A DNA stretch of 50,630 bases, taken from NCBI GenBank assembly GCA_035602665.1, contig DATNLV010000228.1, positions 1 through 50,630 on the forward strand, read 5' to 3'. How positions within the stretch are numbered: the stretch's first letter is position 1; every line of letters begins with the position of its first letter. Position numbers and translations under genes: made by a program. This DNA is from Bryobacteraceae bacterium (GTDB lineage Bacteria; Acidobacteriota; Terriglobia; Bryobacterales; Bryobacteraceae). The notes below the pieces were generated by a model that saw only the letters and a program-made list of their open reading frames with translations, had not been told where the DNA came from and did not search any database. Positions 8,695 to 15,923 of this stretch are shown in pieces.

Positions 8695-9519
8695 ATGCGG
8701 TGCCCCTACCTTCAGGAAACGCAGATCAGGTTCTGCCGTATCGCGGCCGGGCCCAAAATGATCGCCCGCGCCGGCGCCGGCGGGTTCGAGGAAAAGTGCT
8801 CCTCGCCCTCCTACGCTACCTGCGCGGTCTACCGCCAGCGCCCCGGCGATGCGACCGATCCTATCTGCCCACACCTGGAGACTTCGCCCGCGCAATACTG
8901 CTCGGCCGCGCCCGAAAGGCGGCCCATCCCCCGCAAGCCGCTGCCAACCGCCTGCGAGGGAGGCTGCTACCGATATTGTTTCCTCTACCGCGACCTGCTG
9001 GGAACGGCCGACGAGGCGCCAACCATCGACGGCGTCCGCGTACCGCCCGACCTCCTCTATGCCGCCAACCACCTCTGGCTCCATCGCGCCGAGGACGGCT
9101 GGTGCCACGCCGGCATCGACGGCTTTCTGGCGAAGCTGCTGGGCCGGGTCGAAGCGGTCAGCGTGATCGCGTCCAAAGGCACGCTGGCGCCGAGCGCGGT
9201 CCTTCGGGCGCACGCCCTGAACTGGCGGGTCGCGTTTCCGAATCCGCTCCGCGACGCGGTCGGGAACCCGCAACTGCGCGCTCATCCCGAATGCCTTACG
9301 GCCGACCCGTATGGAGGCGGCTGGCTGTTCGCCGGCCAGGCCGACGCGGGCTCGACCGTCGCGGCCGGGCTCCTCGCAGGAGAGGAGGCGCTTGCATGGA
9401 TGACCCGCGAAATCGAGCGAATCGCGAGCCGGCTGGGCGGCCGGCCGTTCCAGGAAGGCCTGCTGGGCCGCCTGGACCGAGAAGCGTCTTTCAGCCTGTT
9501 TCAGGATTTCTGCCAATGA
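8695..9519 (+). CDS. Cys-rich protein with C-terminal glycine-cleavage-H (GcvH)-like fold, no lipoyl lysine
   Basis: 274 aa. Nine Cys in the first 94 residues, including a duplicated C-P-[YH]-L-x6-[FY]-C motif (C3..C14, C58..C69) and CEGGCYRYC. The C-terminal half aligns to GcvH (NHLWLHRAEDGWCHAGIDGF...DPYGGGWLF). No signal peptide. Confidence 0.8.
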   Translation: MRCPYLQETQIRFCRIAAGPKMIARAGAGGFEEKCSSPSYATCAVYRQRPGDATDPICPHLETSPAQYCSAAPERRPIPRKPLPTACEGGCYRYCFLYRDLLGTADEAPTIDGVRVPPDLLYAANHLWLHRAEDGWCHAGIDGFLAKLLGRVEAVSVIASKGTLAPSAVLRAHALNWRVAFPNPLRDAVGNPQLRAHPECLTADPYGGGWLFAGQADAGSTVAAGLLAGEEALAWMTREIERIASRLGGRPFQEGLLGRLDREASFSLFQDFCQ

Positions 9520-10103
9520 AGAACTATCGAGGGTCGATTCTTTTCGTTGCCGGCTTCGCCATCGCGCTGTCGGCCGGCTGGCTCGCCTTTCCCCGGGCGG
9601 AGTATGAAAGGCAGAACCAGCCGATTCAGTTCAGCCACAAAGTCCATCGCGACAAGGGCGGAATGAAGTGCGAAGACTGCCACGCCATCCGCGATGACGG
9701 GACCTTCAGCGGCATTCCCGCCGTCGACAAGTGCGCCGGCTGCCACGCCGCCCCGATGGGCACCACGGACGAAGAGAAACGGATGATCAAGCGCTACATC
9801 GAGCCGAACCGCGAGATTCCGTGGCTGGTCTACGCGCGCCAGCCGGAGAACGTGCGGTTCTCGCACGCCTTCCACGTGAAGCTGGCCAAGCTCGCCTGCG
9901 AGCGCTGCCACCAGGCGCACGGCGATTCCAACTCGCTCCCGGCCTTCGAGCGCGACCGCGTCAGCGGCTACAGCCGCGACATCCTCGGCGACCCGTCGCT
10001 TGCGAACGCGGCAAATCGCCACCCGGGCATGCAGATGGACGACTGCATTCGATGCCACCAGCAGCGCGGGGTCCAGGACAGTTGCCTGGCTTGCCACAAA
10101 TAG
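9516..10103 (+). CDS. Membrane-anchored pentahaem c-type cytochrome (class III / ActA-QrcA-like)
   Basis: ATGA overlap with the previous gene. N-terminal TM ILFVAGFAIALSAGWLAF. Five CxxCH motifs (CEDCH, CAGCH, CERCH, CIRCH, CLACH) and FSHxxH distal-His motifs. 195 aa. ORF-track entry 8700-10103 is an Arg-rich over-extension. Confidence 0.9.
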   Translation: MKNYRGSILFVAGFAIALSAGWLAFPRAEYERQNQPIQFSHKVHRDKGGMKCEDCHAIRDDGTFSGIPAVDKCAGCHAAPMGTTDEEKRMIKRYIEPNREIPWLVYARQPENVRFSHAFHVKLAKLACERCHQAHGDSNSLPAFERDRVSGYSRDILGDPSLANAANRHPGMQMDDCIRCHQQRGVQDSCLACHK

Positions 10104-10112
10104 GAGACACAC

Positions 10113-12173
10113 ATGGGACTCGGGCGGCGCGACTTATTGAAACTGGTGGGCGGCGGGGCGGCGGGCTTCTTCCTGACTCCGGTTCCGTGGAGGCTCATCG
10201 ATGGCGTGGCCATCCGGACCGAAAGCTGGCCCGGCGTTCCGGATCCGCCGCGCGGCGAGGTTCGCACCAGGTACACCACCTGCACCCTCTGCCCGGCCGC
10301 CTGCGGCGTGCGCGCCCGCTGCGTCGTGGATCAGCCGGTCAGCCTGGCCGGAGTGGCCTCGCATCCTGCCAGCGCGGGCGTCCTTTGCCCGGCCGGCCTG
10401 TGCGGCCATCATCTGCCGCTGCTCCCGAACCGCCTGCGCCAGGCGCTCGCGCGCAAGGGCGATAACTTCCAACCTGTGGGCATCGACGCGGTCGCGGGAG
10501 CGGTGGCCACGGCGCTCGCGGACATGCGCCAGAACGGATCGGCCGAGCGCGTCGCAGTCCTCGACGCCCGTCCCGGCCGCACGGCTTCGTTGATGTACCG
10601 CCGCTGGCTGCGAGCCGCGCCGAACGGCACGTACCTCCTGGCGCCCTCGGCCGAAGCCACCGCGCCCATGGGAATCGACATCGCCCGCACCGGCACCGTG
10701 CTCAGCTTCGGAGCGCCTGTGCTGGACGGCTGGGGCACCCCAGGTCGCGTCCTCGAAGCACGCAAGACTTTCCGCCTCATTCAAGTCGAAACGCGGCAAT
10801 CGAGGACCGCCCTGCTCGCCGATGGATGGCTGCCGATCCGTCCCGGCACCGAGGCCGCGCTCGCGCTAGGCATCGCCAACGTTCTGATCGAAGAGAAGCT
10901 GTACGACGCCGCCGCGGCGCGCAACGCCTCCGATTTCGCCGCCTATGCGGCGCTGGCCGCGCAGTTCCCTCCGCAGCGCGCCGCACAGCTCACGGGCATT
11001 CCCGCCCAGACCATCATTGCCGCGGCGCACGATTTCGTCGGCCACGGTCCCGCCATCGCAATCGCCGCGAGCGATCCCGGCGGCGGGCCGCTGGGCGAGG
11101 ATGAGCAGATCGCCATCGCGGCTCTGAACGTACTCTCCGGCAGCATCGGCCGCGAGGGCGGATTCCTGCCGCGCGGAGAAGCGTCGCGCCCGGCCGGGTT
11201 CGAAGAAGCCGCCCTGGCGCCGGAGCAAGGGATCGCCGAAGTGCCCGACGCCTCCATCCGCGTCCTGATCATTGACGACGCGCGCGCCGCCGGTACGTGG
11301 TGCTGGAGCGCGATCGAGCGGAAGCTCGCCGCCACCCACATCGTCGTCGCCATGACCGAATTCCTGGAAGGCGCCGCGCAGCACGCCGATTTCGCCGTGC
11401 CCGCGCCGGCCTATCTCGAAGCGGGCGAAGACGCGCCCGCCCCTCCCGACGTTCCAGCGGCCATGTTCAGCCTGGCCGGAGCCCTTCTGAAACCCCCGCC
11501 CGAAGCCGTCGACGGCGCCGCCTTCCTGAACCAGGTGGCGGGTGGCGGACCCGCGCTGGCCGACGTGCTGAAACAGCGCGTGGCCGCGATTCACGCCTCG
11601 CGCCGTGGCGAAGTCTTCCATTACGCGGATGCCTCGCGCACCGCGGTCCGGGACGTCAAATCGGCTGCCGACCTGTGGAAGGCCCTCGAAGAAGGCGGCT
11701 GCTGGATAGACCACCAGCCGACCCCGCACGAAAAGCCGCTCTTCGCAATTCTCGGCGATGCCCCCGACCGCGTCCTCGAAGCGGCCTCGGGCCGCCTGCC
11801 CGCGGACGCCCAGTTCCCCCTCGCCCTGGTTCCCTACGGATGGCGCGGCGCCGCCGGCGGGGCGATCTCTCCGATCATGACCAAGCTGTACCAGGAATCC
11901 GACCTGCGCCCCGGCGGTGACACCATCGAGCTTCACCCCGACACGGCGCGGAAGTACGGCGTCGCCGACGGCCACGTCGCAATCGTCCAGACCCGCTGCG
12001 GCAGTTGCCAGCGCCGTGTGCGAGTCGATGAGTCCGTGATGCCGGGCGTCATCCAAGCCGAGGTCGGCCCGTCCGCGAGTGGCAATTGCCGGCCGGAGGC
12101 GTTGCTGAACGCGTGCGGCGTCGCCGGCGACGGCACATGGCGTTTGGCGCGCGCCAGTCTGAGGAGGGCATAA
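10113..12173 (+). CDS. Tat-exported molybdopterin-oxidoreductase-family (MopB) subunit, Psr/Qrc/ActB-like
   Basis: 686 aa. AGGAGA RBS. Twin-arginine motif GRRDLLK. N-terminal CxxCxxxC...C cluster motif (CTLCPAAC...LCPAG). MopB blocks WLPIRPGTEAALALG and TIELHPDTARKYGVADGHVAIV. Whether Mo-bisPGD is actually bound cannot be judged by eye. Confidence 0.9.
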   Translation: MGLGRRDLLKLVGGGAAGFFLTPVPWRLIDGVAIRTESWPGVPDPPRGEVRTRYTTCTLCPAACGVRARCVVDQPVSLAGVASHPASAGVLCPAGLCGHHLPLLPNRLRQALARKGDNFQPVGIDAVAGAVATALADMRQNGSAERVAVLDARPGRTASLMYRRWLRAAPNGTYLLAPSAEATAPMGIDIARTGTVLSFGAPVLDGWGTPGRVLEARKTFRLIQVETRQSRTALLADGWLPIRPGTEAALALGIANVLIEEKLYDAAAARNASDFAAYAALAAQFPPQRAAQLTGIPAQTIIAAAHDFVGHGPAIAIAASDPGGGPLGEDEQIAIAALNVLSGSIGREGGFLPRGEASRPAGFEEAALAPEQGIAEVPDASIRVLIIDDARAAGTWCWSAIERKLAATHIVVAMTEFLEGAAQHADFAVPAPAYLEAGEDAPAPPDVPAAMFSLAGALLKPPPEAVDGAAFLNQVAGGGPALADVLKQRVAAIHASRRGEVFHYADASRTAVRDVKSAADLWKALEEGGCWIDHQPTPHEKPLFAILGDAPDRVLEAASGRLPADAQFPLALVPYGWRGAAGGAISPIMTKLYQESDLRPGGDTIELHPDTARKYGVADGHVAIVQTRCGSCQRRVRVDESVMPGVIQAEVGPSASGNCRPEALLNACGVAGDGTWRLARASLRRA

Positions 12174-12176
12174 GCG

Positions 12177-12935
12177 ATGGCTGCGAACAAATCGGCGCGA
12201 TACGGAATGGTCATCGACCTCGACCGCTGCACCGGCTGCGGCGCCTGCATGGTGGCCTGCGCCATCGAGAACAACGTGCCGCCGGCCAACGCCAAGGCCA
12301 CCGAGCGCACCGGCATCACCTGGATGCGCGTCCACCGCCTGGGCAACGGCCGCCCGTTCCCCGACAGCCGGGCCGTGTTCTTCCCCATCCTCTGCCAGCA
12401 GTGCGGCCACCACACGCCGTGCGTCGCCGTCTGCCCGCAGAACGCGGTCGAAGTGGACGCCGCGACCGGCATCGTGGACCAGATGCCGCAGCGCTGCCTC
12501 GGCTGCCGCTATTGCATGGCCGCGTGCCCCTACCATGCCCGATATTTCAACTGGTGGGATCCGGCCTGGCCTGCCGGAATGGAAAAGACGTTGAACCCGG
12601 ACGTGGCGCCGCGCATGCGAGGCGTCGTCGAAAAGTGCAACCTGTGCCACGGCCGCCTGCATCGCGCCGAGTCGAAAGCGGCCGCCGAAGGACGGCGGGA
12701 CATCGCCGCCAACGATTACGTTCCTGCTTGCGTCGAGGCCTGCCCCGCCAAGGCGATCACCTTCGGCGACCTTGCCGACGACCAGACCGAAGTGGCGCAG
12801 CTGGCCCGCAGCGAGGGCGCCTTCCGCCTGCTCGAAAAGCTGGGCACCGAATCGAAAGTCTATTACCGGTCCGAGCGGCCCTGGGTGCACCAGGCGGTCA
12901 AGTCCGGAATCGGAAAGGAGCCGCAACGTGGATAG
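12177..12935 (+). CDS. 4x[4Fe-4S] ferredoxin-type electron-transfer subunit (PsrB/NrfC/QrcC-like)
   Basis: 252 aa. Cys clusters CTGCGACMVAC, CQQCGHHTPCVAVCP, CLGCRYCMAACP and CNLCHGR...CVEACP. No signal peptide of its own, consistent with Tat hitch-hiking on the MopB subunit. Confidence 0.95.
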   Translation: MAANKSARYGMVIDLDRCTGCGACMVACAIENNVPPANAKATERTGITWMRVHRLGNGRPFPDSRAVFFPILCQQCGHHTPCVAVCPQNAVEVDAATGIVDQMPQRCLGCRYCMAACPYHARYFNWWDPAWPAGMEKTLNPDVAPRMRGVVEKCNLCHGRLHRAESKAAAEGRRDIAANDYVPACVEACPAKAITFGDLADDQTEVAQLARSEGAFRLLEKLGTESKVYYRSERPWVHQAVKSGIGKEPQRG

Positions 12936-14160
12936 GAGTTACATCGCGCGCGGATTGGAGCGCTGCACGACGCGCCGCTTCCTGATGTGGTTATTGCCCT
13001 GGACCCTACTGCTCGCCTTCGGCCTCTACGCCGCCGGCCTCTGCCTGTTCAAGGGACTCAACCAGACGAACATGGACAACCGGTTCGCCTTCGGCCTCTG
13101 GATCTTTCTCGACCTCACCGTGATCGCGCTAGGCGCGGGCGCGTTCTTTACCGGCTTCCTGGTCTACATCCTCCGTATGCATGAGCTGAAGGCCGTGATC
13201 AACAGCGCCGTGGTGATCGGCCTGGTCTGCTACAGCGGAGCGGTGACGGTGCTGATGGTGGACGTAGGCCAGCCTCTGCGCGCCTGGTTCACCTTCTGGC
13301 ACCCCAATGTCCACTCCATGCTGACCGAGGTCACGTTCTGTATCACCTGCTACCTCACGGTGCTGGCCATCGAATACCTGCCGCTGCTCCTGAAGAACCG
13401 CCGCCTGCGCCAGGTGCCGTCGTTCCTGGTATTCGAGTTCGAGCTGCATCGCGTGATGTACGTGCTGGCGGGCGTCGGCACGTTCCTCTCGTTCTTTCAT
13501 CAGGGCTCGCTCGGCGGCCTCTACGGCGTGCTGCGCGGCCGGCCGTTCGCCTTCCGCGAGGCGCTGGGCGTGTGGCCTTCCACATTCTTCCTCTTCGTGC
13601 TCTCCGCCGCTGCCGTTGGACCGAGCTTCGTGCTGCTGACCACCTGGCTGGTCGAAAAGATCACCGGCCACCAGCTCGTCGAGCGCACAGTCATGCAAAA
13701 GCTCGGCCGCCTGTCGGGAGTCCTTCTGATCGTCTACGTGCTGCTCAAGACCATCGACACGCTGGTCTGGATGAACCGCACCGTGCCCGGCGAAGGCTTT
13801 TCGCCGCAGCAGTTCTACGGCTTCGAGCCCTTCGGGGTCTGGATTCTTTTCGCGGAGATCGTGGTGTTCGGCCTCCTGCCGGCGGTCGTCCTGCTCGACG
13901 CGCGCAGGCGTGCGTCGCAGGCCTGGCTGCTCACCGCGGCCGGCTTCGCCTGCTTCGGGGTTGCGCTGAACCGCTTCGTCATGACCATCCAGACGCTCGC
14001 GCTCCCGACGCTGCCCTTCGACCGCTTCCTCTCCTACTGGCCAAGCTGGCAGGAAGTCGGGACATTTCTGGCCGTGGTCGCATACGGTGTTCTGGTCTAT
14101 TCGTTGTCCTACCGCTACCTGATCCTGTTTCCGCAGGAGCGGGACCTGAAGGCGAGGTGA
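12928..14160 (+). CDS. NrfD/PsrC/QrcD-family integral membrane quinone-interacting subunit
   Basis: GTG start after GGAAAGGAG, overlapping the FeS gene by 8 nt. About 410 aa and highly hydrophobic, with roughly 8-10 TM helices. The ORF-track start at 12772 lies inside the previous gene. Confidence 0.9.
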   Translation: MDRSYIARGLERCTTRRFLMWLLPWTLLLAFGLYAAGLCLFKGLNQTNMDNRFAFGLWIFLDLTVIALGAGAFFTGFLVYILRMHELKAVINSAVVIGLVCYSGAVTVLMVDVGQPLRAWFTFWHPNVHSMLTEVTFCITCYLTVLAIEYLPLLLKNRRLRQVPSFLVFEFELHRVMYVLAGVGTFLSFFHQGSLGGLYGVLRGRPFAFREALGVWPSTFFLFVLSAAAVGPSFVLLTTWLVEKITGHQLVERTVMQKLGRLSGVLLIVYVLLKTIDTLVWMNRTVPGEGFSPQQFYGFEPFGVWILFAEIVVFGLLPAVVLLDARRRASQAWLLTAAGFACFGVALNRFVMTIQTLALPTLPFDRFLSYWPSWQEVGTFLAVVAYGVLVYSLSYRYLILFPQERDLKAR

Positions 14161-14167
14161 GATCGAA

Positions 14168-14992
14168 ATGTTTCCATGGGTGAACGGCTTCAAATGGGAC
14201 GCGGGCCACGTCATCTTTCTAGGCGCTTTCTACACGGTCGTGATGATCGTGCTGGCGACCGTTGTCCGCGCCCTGGTGCGGTCCAGGCACCATGTCCGCG
14301 TCGAGAAGGTTGAAGCATTCCGGTGGAAGCAGGACTTCCACGATCTGCCGGCGCGGGACCGCCGCTGCCGCCACGAGCTGAACGGAGAAGTGGACTCGCG
14401 CCTCTGCGAGAACGGGTTCGATTGCCGCTCCTGCGCCAAGCACCCGGAGTTCGTGCAGGCTGCCGCGGCGCGGGCCGATCTGCCGAAGGGCGAATTGTTC
14501 GGGTTCCCCATGCCGCTCGACCGCCTGTACCACCGCGGCCACACCTGGGTTCGAAAGGAGAAGGACGGAACGTTGTCGGTAGGCCTCGACGAACTGGGAG
14601 CACGTCTGATCGGCAAGCCGGAACGCCTCGATCTTCCCGAACTCGGCCAGCACCTCAATGCCAACGCCACCGCATGGAGCGCCGCGCGCAACGGTGCGAC
14701 GATCCGCGTGTTGGCCCCGATCGAAGGCACCGTACTCGCCACCGGAGGCCCCGACCAGGGCTGGTATCTGAAACTCCGTCCCGACGGGCCGCAGCCCGAC
14801 ACCCGCCACCTGCTCCGCGACGGAGAAGCCGTCCGCTGGATGTCGCGCGAGCTGGACCGTCTGCAACTTCTAGCCACCCACGGCGCCTGCCCCGCCCTGG
14901 CCGACGGCGGAGCCCTGGTCGAAGACCTCGGCGCCGCCCTACCGAAAAACGAATGGGCCGCCGTCTGCGGCGAAATGCTGTTGGAACCGTAG
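14168..14992 (+). CDS. Membrane-anchored Cys-motif protein with GcvH-like fold, lipoyl lysine replaced by Asn
   Basis: 274 aa. GAGGTGAG RBS. N-terminal TM VIFLGAFYTVVMIVLATVV followed by RALVRSRHH (positive-inside, so the domain is predicted cytoplasmic). C-x12-C-x5-C-x2-C motif. GcvH-like YHRGHTWVRKEKDGTLSVGLDELGARLIG...WSAARNGATIRVLAPIEGTV...GWYLKLR. Confidence 0.8.
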   Translation: MFPWVNGFKWDAGHVIFLGAFYTVVMIVLATVVRALVRSRHHVRVEKVEAFRWKQDFHDLPARDRRCRHELNGEVDSRLCENGFDCRSCAKHPEFVQAAAARADLPKGELFGFPMPLDRLYHRGHTWVRKEKDGTLSVGLDELGARLIGKPERLDLPELGQHLNANATAWSAARNGATIRVLAPIEGTVLATGGPDQGWYLKLRPDGPQPDTRHLLRDGEAVRWMSRELDRLQLLATHGACPALADGGALVEDLGAALPKNEWAAVCGEMLLEP

Positions 14993-15044
14993 GGGAAGGG
15001 GGAAAACCGCCGTAGCGCAGGTTGGGGCCTCAGAGCTAATCCGT

Positions 15045-15836
15045 TCAGCGAGGGCGGGACGCTTTCTCACGCTCCACCTGGCGAACAATAGCCGACGCGA
15101 GTCCTCTGAGCCCTTCGGGGAGGCGCGCCGACAAGACTATCAGATCGGGCGGCTTTCCACTCAGGATCGCTACACCCTCGATGGGACTACCGTTTTTCTC
15201 AAGTGACGAATGTGTTCCCAACCCTTCTGTCTGGGCCGGAGTTCTATATTCAACCACCGCTCTGCCTCTGTAAGTCAGCTTGTCCGATGGATAGGGGCCG
15301 AACGGATACTCGCTTGCAGGAAAATCGGATCCGTCCATCAATTCGTGCACGCGGGACTTGTAGGCTGGGAACACTCGCGCAATGATTCGGACGACCTCAA
15401 GGCTGTCCCCGAGTTGGTCGCTGTGTCTTTCGGAAATCTCAATTGCCGGCCCATTAAAGCCGCGATCCTCTGGCCCGAAAATGTTGTTCCATCCGACCGG
15501 TTGGGGGCTCACATAGAGAAAATCGCCGCCGGAACCATAGACTCCCAGACAATACCAACCCCTTGGGGCAAGCACGCCAAGATCGAGGGCGGACCCGTAA
15601 TAAGCGAGCGCCTTGGCCGCGGTAGGGCTAAGCGGCAGCGATTTGACTGTACCCTTGGGCGCCTCCAGCAGCTCCGCCTGGCCGACAGATCGACATCCAA
15701 TGAAAGGTACCGAAACTGTCGACGCCGCAGACCCTGGAGAACTCGACGCCTCAACTTGTGTCTCCGCGCAAAGCGAAAGGTGCATGGACAGAACCCCGAC
15801 GGCACAACGCAGGCTCCGCGGTGAACGGCATCTCAC
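15045..15836 (-). CDS. Hypothetical lipoprotein (low-GC gene downstream of the sigma-54 activator)
   Basis: I prefer the GTG at 15836, which gives (M)RCRSPRSLRCAVGVLSMHLSLC, a lipoprotein-like signal with an LSLC lipobox. The ORF-track start at 15905 is further upstream. The sequence looks like real protein (GWYCLGVYGSGGDFLYVSPQP). About 52 % GC in the one 60-nt stretch I counted (15181-15240). No family recognised. Confidence 0.6.
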   Translation of the reverse strand: MRCRSPRSLRCAVGVLSMHLSLCAETQVEASSSPGSAASTVSVPFIGCRSVGQAELLEAPKGTVKSLPLSPTAAKALAYYGSALDLGVLAPRGWYCLGVYGSGGDFLYVSPQPVGWNNIFGPEDRGFNGPAIEISERHSDQLGDSLEVVRIIARVFPAYKSRVHELMDGSDFPASEYPFGPYPSDKLTYRGRAVVEYRTPAQTEGLGTHSSLEKNGSPIEGVAILSGKPPDLIVLSARLPEGLRGLASAIVRQVEREKASRPR

Positions 15837-15923
15837 GAGTGACAGTCTACTACCGCGCGAACCTCGCTGTTCACGGGCGTCCCAAGAGGAGACCGACTGC
15901 GGCACAGGGCCGCCCCCGCCTCC

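Noticed and set aside
8695-9519. Annotating the GcvH-like genes as glycine cleavage system H protein or lipoate-binding LbpA
   Set aside because: The lipoyl-lysine position is occupied by Ala/His or Asn in my alignments. No gcvT/gcvP, lipoate ligase or sHdr genes are nearby. The Cys-rich N-terminal regions and the membrane anchor are foreign to GcvH.
8700-10103. 467-aa ORF-track entry whose first ~270 residues are Arg/Pro-rich. Analogous N-terminal over-extensions occur at 5315, 5797, 6997, 12772, 34214, 39619, 40783 and 49091.
   Set aside because: The upstream parts overlap the preceding, better-supported genes in another frame. Internal starts with RBS or start/stop overlap yield proteins that begin exactly at the expected family N-termini.
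10866-12926. 686-aa minus-strand ORF opposite the MopB and FeS subunit genes
   Set aside because: Same high-GC antisense artefact. The plus-strand genes carry Tat, Fe-S and MopB signatures and proper ribosome-binding sites; the antisense product is low-complexity.
9516-14160. Calling the cytochrome-MopB-FeS-NrfD genes a bona fide Alternative Complex III
   Set aside because: In ACIII the MopB-like and Fe-S parts are fused in ActB. A second NrfD-type subunit (ActF), ActD and a monohaem ActE are expected, and none is present. The four-gene layout is closer to Qrc/Psr-type complexes, so I kept the call generic.
15045-15905. Calling the low-GC stretches (15045-15840, 30690-31200, 33831-34000) genomic islands or mobile elements
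   Set aside because: No integrase, transposase, tRNA target or flanking direct repeats are visible. The stretches are under 1 kb. I report them only as compositional anomalies.
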